Assembly (NCBI GenBank): GCA_965112735.1
Contig: OZ218962.1
Span: forward strand, 620,001 to 684,000
DNA length: 64,000 nt
Direction: 5' to 3'
From: Phaeosaccion multiseriatum
Taxonomy: Eukaryota; Protista; Ochrophyta, other classes
The translations under genes were made by a program, and so were the position numbers. Under the pieces are notes generated by a model, which was not told the DNA's origin, ran no database searches, and saw nothing but the letters and a program-made list of their open reading frames with translations. Positions 35,701 to 47,906 of this stretch are shown piece after piece; position 1 is the stretch's first letter; the number at the start of each line of letters is the position of its first letter.

Positions 35701-36395
35701 TGCTAGCTCACCTTGCAGCTTGTTGTCCTGCAGGTAGAGATATTTCAGACCTCGCAGTTGGCCCAATGAGGCAGGTATCGAGCCTGCGGGGAAGGGTGGC
35801 ACCAATCGCGTTAGGAGCCCCTCGAGACATGCAAACTACGGCATACAGGAAGGTGGTATGACATGATGCTTATGACCCACCTGTCAACATGTTGTTATTC
35901 AGGGCGAGTCTCACCAGCGCCTGCGAATGGGCCAGCTGGGCCGGTATCGTGCCTGTGGACATGGGCAGGCCAGCACCACATGGTTAGTAGCCCCTCACGA
36001 CAGTGCAAAAAGGAGAGGTGATGCCTGTAACTGTAACGCACCTTTCAAGTTGTTGCCATCAAGCCTTAGGACTTCAAGTGCCTGCAATCGACCAAGCGAC
36101 GCCGGAATCGTGCCTGAGGACAAGCGTAAGCACCAGCAGTCGCGTTGTTAGAAGCCCCTTCGGACGAGTGCAAGCCAAAAGGGAGAGAGTCGCTAGGTGG
36201 TAGGTGCGCGATGATGCATCTCTCACCGATGAGCCCGTTTGTACAGAGGTCGAGCCATTGGACACGTCCATCCGCGCTCACATCGACGCCGTGCCACCTC
36301 GAGAAGGGGGCTCCAGTGTTCCAGTTTTCCTTGTTGGTCCATTGATACCCTCCTGTGACGTCAAAGAGAGAGACGAGCACGGCATGATTCGCCAT
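30048..36395 (-). CDS. LRR N-cap + 5 plant-type LRRs + coiled coil + Ser/Thr kinase + degenerate RING + IBR/RING2 (RBR-like) + GQ/Ser/acidic tail; multi-exon
   Basis: MANHAVLVSLFDVTGGYQWTNKENW...WHGV; LRR exons of the GxIPxxLGxLxxLxxLxLxxNxL type; kinase HPNLV, HCDLKPSNVLL, DFD, YAPPE, DMFAFG; CGTC...HFICDEC; CPRC...DCFALQCGRC...FCAYC...H. The join between LRR and coiled-coil exons (35338-35080) is not fully resolved. Confidence 0.78.
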
Positions 36396-37904
36396 TACCC
36401 CCCTTGTTGCCAACCCGAGCAGCTCTATCCTCCGTCCGGATCCGGTGGGTCCCTTCTGCAGAGGCAAGAAGGCCTGCTGGTGCACCTGCGCCGCCCTTCT
36501 GAAGATCTGTCTCCCCAGAGTGACGAGGGGTAGATGATGGGCCTTCTTTTGTGAAGGTGCCGCTGCAGCATATGCTGGAAGTGATATCGGGGGGAGGACG
36601 TACAGCCACGGAGAGGGATGGGAAAGGCAGCACGGACGCGAGACATTGTGGGATAGAAGCTCAATAGGGGGGGGGGGGATGGAAGGGGGGGAAATACAGT
36701 GCAGCAGACGTGCTCGACATGCCCAGCAGCGCCGGGACGGAGCGAGACCAGGTCAGCGGCCACAAAACGAGAGACGAGCGGGGTCTGCGAATAGATGCAA
36801 CAGCCTTGTCATCCTCGGCGCGTTGCTTACGTGAGAATGGCGGGGGCTCCAGGGAGAGAGGCGTTGACCCGGTCCAGCCGCAACAACAGACCTGGCTGGA
36901 AGGAGAGAGGTAGCTGGCCCAGTAAGGGTGAAGGCGAACGAAGTAGTGGCCATAGCGCGCTCTTGCGAGAGGATATTGACGTAACGCCGCGGAGATCCCA
37001 AATCTACAATCATGCACAAGTTGGTGTTTCGTTTGGGTCACAGTTGTTGGTGGAAAATTTCCTCCCCTTCTCACTTCATTAAGTCAATAAAGTTTCCCCT
37101 TCTCACTTCACAACTGGCCATCATTCGTTCTTAAGGAGGCAGGCGTGCACGTCTACTTCATCCCAAACACACAGGGTGCTTCTTCCTCTTCCCTCGTGCC
37201 CACTGTGCGAGTCGACCCACACCGTACCGGCGGCTGGATTGGCTGACTGAGGCTTCAGGCGAAAGCTGACACCCCCGGCGCCGCCTGCTTGGGCACCAAG
37301 CGGCCATGTATCATCGTCGCTCACACACCTTCCCACCGCCTCTCGCCCACCCCCCTCCCCCCCGCGTCTGCTGACAGGTCTCCTGCTCCTCGCTCCCCTC
37401 CGTCGGCGTCCACAGCAAAAGCCTGAGAGGGAGCTCACCCTCCCCCCCCTCCTCTCCCGCTCCGTTCCATCTCCATGAATCGCTCCATGCTTCCCAACTC
37501 GTACCAACACCCGCCCACCTACCCAACCACCCAACAAACCAACCACCCATCCCCTCCACCCACCTACCCACCCACCCACCCACTCACCGATTCTCTACAC
37601 CTACTCCCTCTTGTATGCCGTCGTAAGTCAATGTCTTGCTATCACAGTTTTTTTTCTCTCCCTCCCCACCCCCTTCGTTTGCCTCTCATACTTTCCTAGC
37701 GAGACCTCAGGCTCAATCCACTCGGCTCCACTGCTCGCTTGTGCGCCGCTCGTGCCTCGGTGAGTCGAGATGAATGTGTCGCTATGGCCGGCTCGTTCGA
37801 CGCAAGTGCACAGCTATCGTCATCTCTGTGTCTGAGCCCCACCTCCCTCTCTCGGCTGGCTACCTTGCACTTGCTCATCCCGGATCCGAGGCCCCCGTCC
37901 CCGC

Positions 37905-40290
37905 CTATCCTCGTCCTCGACTCGACGATCTTGACGCGATTCTTTTGCTACGCTTCCTCGCGGAGGAGGAGGACGACGAGGAGGAGGAGCAGGAGGAGGG
38001 GGATGTCTCTCTGCTGCGACCAACCCAGGGGTCTATGCCCTCCTCTCCTTGGTCCTCTTGCTCGCTTTCAACCTCTTGGTCGTCCTCGCCACGGTGGTGG
38101 GGGCGACGACTGACCCGACGGTAGTCGCCATCCTTACCGCGTTTGGAGGAGGAGGAGGCGGGCGTGGATTTGGTGCTACTCCTGCCCCTAACGGTGGTCT
38201 GAGTGGTCGCCGGAGAAGGGGGAGGAGGCGAAAGAAGAGACATAGAAGAAGGGGCCCTCTCCTTGCCAGTGGCGCACTGCCTCTGGGGGCGATGGCCACC
38301 GTAGCCGTCCTGGTAGCTGCGCTGCGCCTCCTGCTCCTGGGGGTGGCCGCCAAAGAAGGGCGACGAAGACGAGGACGCTGCGGAAGTTGAACTTGAGGCT
38401 CCTCCTCCATCCGCCACGAGTGCGTTGTCGCGGAGGAGCGAAGACAGATCTCTCTCCGAGCCCTCTTTCCTGTGCCTCATTCCTGACCCGCCCCTGCCCC
38501 CTCCGCTCTCCTTCTTTCTGGAGCTACCGCCCCCCGTCGGCTGCTCTTCTTCTGCTGAGCCTGCCCGACTTTCGGTCTCATCCTCGTCGCCCCCGCCCTC
38601 CTCAGCATCCAGTGCCATCGCTTCTCGACGCTCTATGCCCCCCCCCCGTGGAGTGACGCCTGACGAGGGCCCTTCAAGCTCCTGGTCTTCGTCGCCATCG
38701 TCCACCATGGCTCCTGCCGCAGTGGCTCGAGGAGGAATGTTCTCAGCACCCCTCTCGGATCGGGGCTCGCCACGGTGGCCCTCCTCGTCCTCCCCCTCCT
38801 CCTCTTGTTCCCCGTTGTCGTCCCCTTCCTCATCCTCGTCTTCTCCATCCTCCTCTTGGTCGTCGTCCTGCTCCTCCCCCTCCTCCTCCTCGTCCTCCTC
38901 TTCCTGCTCCTGCTCCATCGGAGCCTCCCTATTCGCCCCCTCTTGGTCCCTGTGCTCGCCACGGTCGCACTCCTCCGACTCTTCCTCATCATGGACTCTT
39001 GTGTTGGAGGCCAAGGACAGAGCTGTTGCCCCTGCCCCTGCCCCTGTCCCTGGCCCACTGGTGTTGGCAGTGGCACCACCTTGGTCCGCGAGCCTGGCAA
39101 GATCTCCACCGCCCCGGGTGCTGTTGTTGTCGTCGTTCTGAGCCTCAAAGCCTTGCGGATCGTTCCCACACTCCGTCGGCGCCGCACCAGAGTCGACGCT
39201 GGCGCTGGCGTGTCCCACTGAGCTGGCCTGACGACGGCGATCGCCTCCTTCCTTCTCCTCCTCGCCTCGGATGCTCCCCCTCTCCGAGGAATCTCCGTTG
39301 TTCCAAGACCGGTACACGGCGTTGGTGGAGCCGTCGTCGTACTTATCCTGCTCCAGACCCTGAGCCTCGTACTCTTCAGCATCTTCTCGTCCGAGCCCGC
39401 TCCAGCCGGAGACGGAAGTGTCTTTGGACGACGGGGCGGCTATGCCGGTGCAGGAGCCTGCCGCTGCCTGATCACGCCACTCGTTGCTATCCGCGCCCCG
39501 ATGAGCCCGACCACCTTGACCCTCCTCCAATACCCAAGCTTGCTGGTGAGCGCGGCTCTGACTAGGGTGAACAGGCGTAGAGTTAGGTCGGGCACCGCTG
39601 CGCTGCGAAGGCCCTTGCCCTTGGGATGAGCCGCCGAGTGGTAGGGCCCTTCGCGCAGTGGGGGTTAAGTGGGCGTTTTCTGCCGCCGCGGGGAGTGGCG
39701 TGTGCTGCTTTCCAGACGTAGTCGGTCGCGTCGGCTCGGAGTCCACCGCGGTGAACACGTGCTCTACGCTCGCCTGCGTCTGGCAGAGGGCTTGATGGGA
39801 CGCGTCCGCCTCCGTCTGTGGCGACGTAGCGATGAGTGAGGCAGCGCGAATCGGAGAAGGAGAAGCGGGTGGCCACGGGGCGGCGGAGAGGGTCATTCAG
39901 TGAGTCAAAGCATTGGCCAGAAGTTGCGTACTGCCAGGTAGGAAAGGGAAGGTAATGAGGACCACTTTGACGCACGAGGCAAATCTTTGCTCTCGGACCT
40001 CTTTCCCGCCGGGCCCTGAGACGCGCGCCTTTTCTCCCAGGCCTGAGCCCACAACGCACCTGCTTCGTCGCCAAGATTTGGCATCCTTCGTTGAGCTTCT
40101 CCATCGCTTCGACAGCGGCAGACAGTGCACTGGTTAGCGCAGGGAGAACCTCGGGGGGGAGCAGGTGCGACGCCGGGATCGAGAGCGACCGTTGCTCGCC
40201 TGCTGTGACGGAAGAAGCAGCGCCACCCGCCGCAGCAGCAGTAGCCCCCGCGGCACGAGGAGCAAGCTGGAAGTGGCTTTGACTCATCAT
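37905..40290 (-). CDS. Hypothetical intrinsically disordered, acidic/Ser-rich protein
   Basis: 663-codon ORF 39896-37905 plus a probable upstream exon (MMSQSHF...ILATKQ|GTGCGT). No recognisable domain; exon join uncertain. Confidence 0.4.
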
Positions 40291-40648
40291 ATTTTCCCGA
40301 TAGCTCTGGTCTGGTCTTTGCAGGCTGCCGTTCTTTCTCTTTTTCTCTCTCCTTTGCCTCAAGCTTTTATGTCGATCCGAAATATTACTTCGCCCCCCCT
40401 GGGGTGGTTGGGAGCCTTCCGGTGCCTTCCAGAAACGGATGGCTCAGCCTTCCAAACGCAACAAAATCAATTAGCGACAGCGCTGCTCTCTCTTTGCTCC
40501 TTACAAGTGTAGTACCGCACGAGGAACAGACTTAGGTGGGCGAGCGACAACTCAGCGACAAGCATCCTCGCTCTCGCTTCGTTCGTAGTGCTGCCGCACG
40601 CCTGCGGAACGTGGGGCGCTGTCTCCGATCGAGGAAGTTGCTGCTGCG

Positions 40649-42236
40649 ATGCTCCCACCCTCGCCGCCCCCGCTGCCCCCGACGCCACCGCCCTCGCCGG
40701 TGGACTGGGGGTCGAGGTGGGTGGAGGAGGTTCCCTCTCCGCTCCTACCGCAGCTGCGGCAACTCATCACCACTCCCCCCTCTCAGCGGGTTATATCGCC
40801 TGAGGTAAGATGGCGAAGCGTGAGGAAAGAAGCGGTGCAAAAGAGAGCAATACACTACTCACGAGCACATTCTACTTAACTTGGCTTTTGCCGATGTGGA
40901 AGGCCTCAAACTTCAGCAATTTCACTCCCACTCTAACCTCTCCGCTCCGGGACCGTCCCACTCCACGCAGGGGCGGTGGCTCTACCAGGCCATCAAGACG
41001 GGTGAGAATATCCTGGCAGTGAGGACGACGATTCGAACGTGCATCTTATCGCACGGCAGAGAAAGTTTGGAGCAGCCTCTCCACAAACAAGGCTATACCG
41101 CGCTGTTCGTCGCTGCGATGTACGGCAGGGTGGATGTCCTCCGCCTCTTGGTGCAGGAAGGCTCCGATTTCAGCACCGGACAAGGTCCGGCAGGGGACAC
41201 GCCCTTGATTGTAGCTAGTGGGAGAGGACACGATCCATGTGTGAGGCTGATGTTGGACTTCGGAGCCGAAGTCGACCAAGCCAATCTCTCCGGTGCAACG
41301 GCCTTGCTCGCGGCTTCTCAGGAAGGGCATTCTGGAGTAGTGCAGCAGCTCGTGGCGGCGAAAGCAAATGTTGACGCACCCGACAGTCACGGCTACAGTC
41401 CGATTTGGCTGGCTTCTCAGAACGGGCACACATCGGTTGTAGAGCAGCTCCTTTCAGCCCGAGCAGATGTGGATCACGCGGACAAAGGAGGAGCCACTCC
41501 GCTCCTCGTCGCGTCCAAATTCGGGCATGAGAGCGTGGTGCGACAGCTCATAAGAGCTCACGCCAGCATCGACAAGGCTGGAGCTAAAGGTGTGACTCCG
41601 CTTTGGGCAGCCTCTCAAGAGGGGCAGGCTTCTGTCGTGCGGCAGCTTCTTAAGAAGCATGCCCGCGTGGATGCGAGGGGGGGCAGTTGCGGTGATACTC
41701 CCCTCCTCATCGCTGCTCAAAATGGGCATTTGGCTGTGGTGGACAAGCTCTTGTGGGCAGGAGCAGACGTGATCGCGTCTGACGCCAATGGTTTCTCTCC
41801 TCTTCACTGTGCCGCTCAAGAAGGTCATGACGTCGTGGTGGCGCGCCTTCTCTCTGAGGGAGCGATGGCGGGAGCCGGGACCAACGACGGTACCATACCC
41901 CTCCACCTCGCTGCGCTGAAAGGGCGCGAGGCAGTGGTCGCTCATCTCATCTCCGCGGGATCTCCGATCGATGCCCAGCGAGCGGACGGCTTCACTCCGC
42001 TCCTTGTCGCTCTGTCTCACGACCAGCATGGTACTGCGCGACAGCTCCTCTCGGCCGGTGCGTCGGTGGACAAGACGATGGCTGCGGCACGGCGGAAGAA
42101 GCTCGGCCCAGAGATTGAGCAGCGACTCAGAGACATGGGCGCGGTCTTCTCCAGATCCCAAACTACACAGGATCCATCAAATGCGGGGAATCGATCCTAC
42201 GTTCGGCAAGGAGCGTGGGGTATCGCCGCAGGATAG
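40649..42236 (+). CDS. Ankyrin-repeat protein (~10 repeats), diverged paralogue of the array; C-terminal tail frameshifted
   Basis: Exon 1 ends SPE|GTAAGA (40804), exon 2 from 40971. Repeats GDTPLIVAS, GATALLAAS and others. The family tail TFGKERGVSPQ appears in another frame after ~42170. Confidence 0.85.
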
Positions 42237-42771
42237 GTCCGGAGGCGTACAGAGCGAGACGACGTGAGAGGGCGTGGCGGAGGACATGCGCTGAAGAGCG
42301 AGCGTCAGCGGCTTGAGCCAGAGGAGTGGACGCGAGTGGACCCCGAGGGAGCATCACGAGTTCGCCGATTGAGCAGCGCGTGCATGGCGACGGACGAGGG
42401 GCGGTGCTGGAGGGAAGCGTTGCGAGTCATCCTTCAAGGGGAGGAGCGAGGAAGGAGAGGCGGGGAGGTGGATGCATGCACCGGCAGACTCTGCAGAATG
42501 GGGGCGTGTAAGGCTGGCACGTGAGGTAGAAGGCGCCACGTACACACGCGCAGCTATGTAAGTGAAGGGCAATGACATCCGATAGCTTGATGAAATATAT
42601 AAGAAGCTTTGGGCTGCGCTATTCATAAGATGCATCCTCAAAAAACGGTCCGCGTCTCGAGTAGTGCATTCAATGGAGGCTAGTGCGAGCCTTGATGCAC
42701 CGCCTCTGCTCATCACACAAACGCCCTTTTCGAGCTCCATCTCATTGGCTGCCGGAGGCTGGGGAAGGGTA

Positions 42772-44123
42772 TCAAGACGTGCCGAGTCCTCTGAAGGCCA
42801 CGAGCAGCACGACGAAAGCTGCGGCCAGCGCTGAGCCCAAGGAGAGCCCGAGGGGCCGTGGGGCGCCAGACCGCTCCTCGATGAGAGGCGGCATGGTGGG
42901 ATTGGTCTGTGAGTCGCTGAAGCCCGCAGCATTGGAAGTGGAGTCCGACCCATCCCCGCTGCCGAAGCAGGACGATATGTCCATGTCGCACTCGGCCTGC
43001 CACACGCACGTCAAGTAGGCGTGCAGCTCGGGTCCGTCACAGTTGGCGGCGACGGCGCTGTTGTAGCTCTCGCAGATGTCCTCCCTTGGGGTGTGGAGCG
43101 CAGGGCAAGGTCGGGCTGGGATGTGAGAATGGGACTACTATAACGGCTCGCCGCCGCTGAACTTGACGTTCTTACACCTCGCCTCGTCTCATCTCCGACT
43201 CGCCCCCTCTCCTACCCACCCTCTTCCGGTCCTGACTTCTGAGCAAGCGACTTCAGCTGAGCTGCACACACTTACAGGGTGAGCCCTCCGACGAACTCTC
43301 CCTCCCGCCCCCCACCGGGGCAGAAGGACGATCTGGAGGAAGCCTGGAGGCTATCCCACGCAACGGAGGCCAGTCCTTCAGTCGAGAAGCACTCGGGCCC
43401 CGAGCAGCTGGCAGCCTCCTCGCAGGCGCTGGACTCGGCCACACACTGCTCGTCCTCTTCCCCATCAGTGGTGCCTGTAGTGCTACTCGGCTCATCAGTG
43501 GGGATGGTCGGGGAGGGTGTCGTTTCACCAACAGGGGTGGTGGTTGGTGGTGGTGAGGGAGGAGGTGTCGATCCACCACCAGGGGGGAAGAAGAGAGTCG
43601 TTTCAGTGGAGGGGAACGTTCCCGTTCCTGTGCTTGTCGTCCCAACACCAGGGAGGGAGGTGGACGTGTCCGGTACCGTGCCTGTGTCCGTACTCGGCGT
43701 CCCACCACCAGGGCCAGAGAAGAAGCTCTCGTCGAAGCAGGAGGTGACGTCCACGCCGTCACAGGCCCCTGCCCACGAGCAGATGAAGTAGTCCCGCAGG
43801 CCCTCTGGGTACACGCACGACGAGAGGCGGTAAACTTGGCGGATGAAGGCGCAGACCTCATCGCTGGGGAGGAGGAGGAGGAGGAGGAGGAGGAGGAAGC
43901 GGGGGCGTGTGAGAGAGAAAGCACGTCGCGCTAGACATACATATCATATGAGAGCGAGAAATTCAAGGCGGCAGAGAGGTGACCAGTGAAATGCTTACAT
44001 GTTTGCCCGCGCTCGAGTCGGGCAAGGATCCTGGGCAGTAAGTGGGAACGTCGTTATATTTTCTTGAGTGCATGTTGGCTCACACGCCCCGCAAACGCTC
44101 AGGGCCAATGTGCAATCGCTCAT
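42772..44123 (-). CDS. Cys-rich two-module, Thr/Pro-linker, probably GPI-anchored surface protein; 5' end uncertain
   Basis: Modules end PEGLRDYFICSWAGACDGVDVTSCF and PELHAYLTCVWQAECDMDISSCF. Mucin-like linker; C-terminal SGA followed by the hydrophobic LGSALAAAFVVLLVAF. Confidence 0.65.
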
Positions 44124-44443
44124 CTTTAGCTGCGATAGTGGTTTTGGTTTTGCTGCTGCTGTGCTCTGCTGCTCTGCTCTGAAGATAGTGTGTTGCTGTT
44201 GGGCACAGGGCGCTACACAAAGAGGGATATCAAAGAGGAACAAAAGGCGGGAATTTGAGCAGCTTTGGCTGTTGGTTCTTCATATCAGTTCCTCCCCATG
44301 GCTCTCTCAGATCTACTGTCCTTGAAGAAAGGTAGGGTGTGGTTAGGTGGGCCCTGGTGAGAGCCTCTTCGTGCCTGGCGCCGAAGGGAAGGGAAGAGGG
44401 GCTCGTCTCGAGGGTGGACGGAGAGGAAAAGTGCGCTGCTGGA

Positions 44444-46014
44444 ATGTCCCAGCGTTCGCCGAGGAGGAATCATCGGGCAGGCAGGCCGCCCCTCGTCCTG
44501 CCGCGCTCATTGTCCCCCGAGGTAAGAGCGGATTTCGTGTATGATATGGGTGCTACTTGTCATCGGTTTGTATGCGCTGATGGTAGTGAGTACAACAGGA
44601 ACGCAGCGGTGCAGATAAGAGCCGCGCCTCCGTTCTGGAAAGACTAAAAAAAGCCCTTCTCGCTCGTCTTCCGAACCCTTCCGCTCCACAGAAGGGGCAG
44701 GGATTCTTCCAGGCCATTGAGAGTAACGAGAGTTTCTCTACAGTGAGCGCGGTGGTTCGGAAGCGCATCGCCAAGCACGGCAGAGCAAGCCTGGATGAGC
44801 CTATTGACGATCAAGGGTGCACGCTGCTAATTGGAGCTGCGGCGTACGGTCGGCTGGATGTCGTGGACTTTCTCCTGGAGGAAGGAGCCTCTTTCAACAC
44901 GGGTGAGGGCTCGATGGGGGATACGCCCTTGATAACGGCAAGCGTGAATGGATGCGACGAGGTGGTGAAGCGGCTGCTGGACTGCGGAGCTTCTGTGAAT
45001 CAGGCCAATCTCGGTGGATTCACGCCTTTAATCGCCGCCGCCGAGAAGGGGTACTCGACAATAGTGCAGCAACTCCTCACGGCACGTGCCAGCGTCGATG
45101 CTGCCGGGAGTCAAGGCTTAACTTCGATTTGGCTAGCTTCTCAGAATGGGCACACCTCCGTTGTTCGGCAGCTCATTTCAGCCGAAGCGCATGTGGAGCA
45201 AGCAGGCAAGCTCGGGAGGACTCCGCTCTTTATGGCTTGTAAGAGCGGACATGGGGGGGTGGTTAAGGAGCTCATCAGAGCCAACGCTTCCATAGACAAG
45301 GCTGACGGCGATGGCAAGACTCCGCTTTGGGCAGCCTCGCAAGAGGGCCATGTTTGCGTCGTGCAGCAGCTTCTCGATGAGCATGCCAGCGTTGATGCAA
45401 GGGGGCATAGCTTCGGCACCACTCCGCTCATCATCGCTGCTCAGAATGGACGTTTGGCTGTGGTGGAGAAGCTCTTGACGGGCGGAGCGGACGTTTGCGC
45501 GTCTACAATCAAAGGCCTCACTGCTCTCCACTGGGCCGCTCAACAAGGTCACGAGGACGTGGTGGAGAGCCTCCTCTCTGCGGGAGCAAGGGTGTGGAGA
45601 GGGACCAACGATGGCACGACCCCTCTCTACGTCGCCGCTCGAAATGGCCATGACGCCGTCGTCTCCCGTCTTCTTGTTGCGGGATCTCCCATTGATGCAC
45701 AGCGGTCGAACGGGTTTACCCCTCTACTTGCCGCCATCTTTCATAACCAGCACGGCATTGCGCTGCAGCTTCTTGCGGCCGATGCCTCTGTGGACAAGGC
45801 CTTGGCTGGGGCGCGGCTGAATCGACTGAGGCCCGAGATTGAGCAGCGACTCGGAGAGGCAGCAGCAGCCTTCTTCGGAACTGAGAGCGCTCTGGAGATG
45901 ATGAGCAGGACGGATTCGGTGCTCGGTAAGGAGAGTGGGATACCGCCGCTGGAGAGCCGCCCCTGGGACGTGCAGAGCGAGACGTCGGAAGGCGAGGAGG
46001 AGGAAATGCGCTGA
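44444..46014 (+). CDS. Ankyrin-repeat protein (~10 repeats), paralogue of the 40649 gene
   Basis: Exon 1 MSQRSP...LSPE|GTAAGA (ends 44521), exon 2 from ~44690 (GQGFFQAI...) to GKESGIPPLE...EEMR*. Confidence 0.87.
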
Positions 46015-46304
46015 GCGAAGGGCTGCACGTGAGTGAGCGAGGGTACCGCGGGGAGTCCATCCGACGTTCGGCAAGAAGCGTTGGGTATCGCCGCCGGAGA
46101 GGGCCTGGGGCCGTGCACAGCGAGACGTGGGAGGGCATGGCCGAGGAAATGTTCTGACGCAACGAGGAGGGGAGGGAAGGGGCTACGAGGTAATCGCGTG
46201 TATGCAAGAATGTATTTCTTTCGTATTATCGGTTAGTGTATGCCCTCTCTCATTCGGGGAGTGCCCCTCCACAAGCCATCGCTCAGCCCCTCCGCCCTTA
46301 GGGC

Positions 46305-47490
46305 TCAGCCGAGCGTCGTATCAAATACATAGAGCTCTGCAATGTGGCACTCAAAGGGCTCGGCAGACCCTGCTGCTGCTGCTCTCGTCTCTCTACAGTC
46401 GTACGCGTCGCCGAGAGAGGTAGAGAAGACACGCAGGGACGGCGCAGAGCAGCCCTCAGACACGCTGCCACTACCTGTGGGTATGCCACTTCCTTCGCCC
46501 CTCGGGCCTTTGTACCATGACACCAAGTGCACCTGGGCGACAGCGGGGTCGACAAGAGGGCTCAGTGCTGTGGAGAAGTCAAAGTCCGGTGCAGCGAATC
46601 TCGCGCAGGACCCATCGAAGGGGAAGGCGGTGTCGCCGTCGGTGCCGTCGTCGGTAGAGGTTTTAATGCTGCCGCGGATGCTCACAGCGCCTCCGTTCGT
46701 CTGCATCCCTGAGACGCTCTCTTGCACCAGGAAGTGGAACGCCTTGTAGGAACAATGGTGTGGCGGGAGTATGACATAGTTTGAGGTTGAGCAGTGCGTC
46801 ATTAGCAAGTCAATTTCTTTCAGCCCCACAGGCGATGTCATACCTGCGCGTCGGGCGAGGCCGAGACGTCCTGAGGCGTGCAGAAAGAGGCGGAGGGCGG
46901 CGCCCCAGCCTGGGGCTCTCTGCGGGCAGCGCACTCCTCGGGGTTGTTGAAGATGGTCATCCAAATCTGATCGGGCGACGACCGATGAAGCGAGGGAGGT
47001 TGCAAGTCGTTGGGTTAGAAGAATGTACAAGCCGCCGACTGGTCGTGACGAGTGTGGTGGTCAGAGTCGAGGACAAGGGGCGTGCGTTGGTCGGCCTTCA
47101 GTCACGAGGAGTGGAAAAGAACGACAAGACGGGCAAGACCAATTCAATCTAGCAGATAGGAGGCTGGGGGGGGGGGTTGGAGACAGAAGCCGGCGAGACT
47201 GCGAGGCACAGCGAAAGCGACTCACGACTTGACCTGGTATAAGCCATCCACGGCCCCTGAAGGCCGCTGGTAGTTGAACGTGATGCTCTCATCCCCTCTC
47301 GTTATCGTGATGACGCGGCTGGTCGAGCAGGCGCTTGCTCTGGGAGGCGTCAAGCTGAGGAGAGACAACAAGGCGCACAGAAGGACAGAGGGAGTCGAAG
47401 TGGGTATGGGCGGGCGCGAGCTGTGATAACAGTCGTGCTCTAACAGCTAATTAGGGAAGAACGAACAATTCTCGCCGCCATGTTTAGCAT
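46305..47490 (-). CDS. Hypothetical protein
   Basis: Complex-sequence terminal exon ~46843-46305 after a CAG acceptor, with putative upstream exons at 47150-46900 and 47355-47225. No domain recognised. Confidence 0.35.
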
Positions 47491-47906
47491 CGACAGAGAG
47501 AATGGGGTACCACCGCGTAGAGAGGCCCTCGGGCGTGCATCCTGACACAAAGGACGATATGGACTACGGAAGTAGAGAGGCTGTTGGGACGGAAGCGCCA
47601 CCCAGTCATCCATCACGGCAGGAGAGAGGAGGGAAGAGAGAGGGACAGAGGGGGGGGAGGGTACAGTGGGGCGATTCTTTTGCCCAGGGGTGTGCCGCCT
47701 CTGCACAGTGCGAGCGGGGCGGTGGGAGCAGCATGGAGACCGGTATGCTCGGTATAGGGTGGGGGGGGGAGGGACGAAGGGACGGGTAGGTCACCCTCAT
47801 TCAAGAGGGGGGGTGTTCTGCTGCTAGTGGACACACGCGCACACTCACCCAGTTCGCAAGAGACGGGCATTGGCCTCGCACATATATATTCACACATTGG
47901 TTTACA

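Noticed and set aside
36500-37700. Possible extra gene between the LRR-kinase and the disordered protein
   Set aside because: A minus-strand donor-like site lies near 37588, but no coherent coding model could be built.
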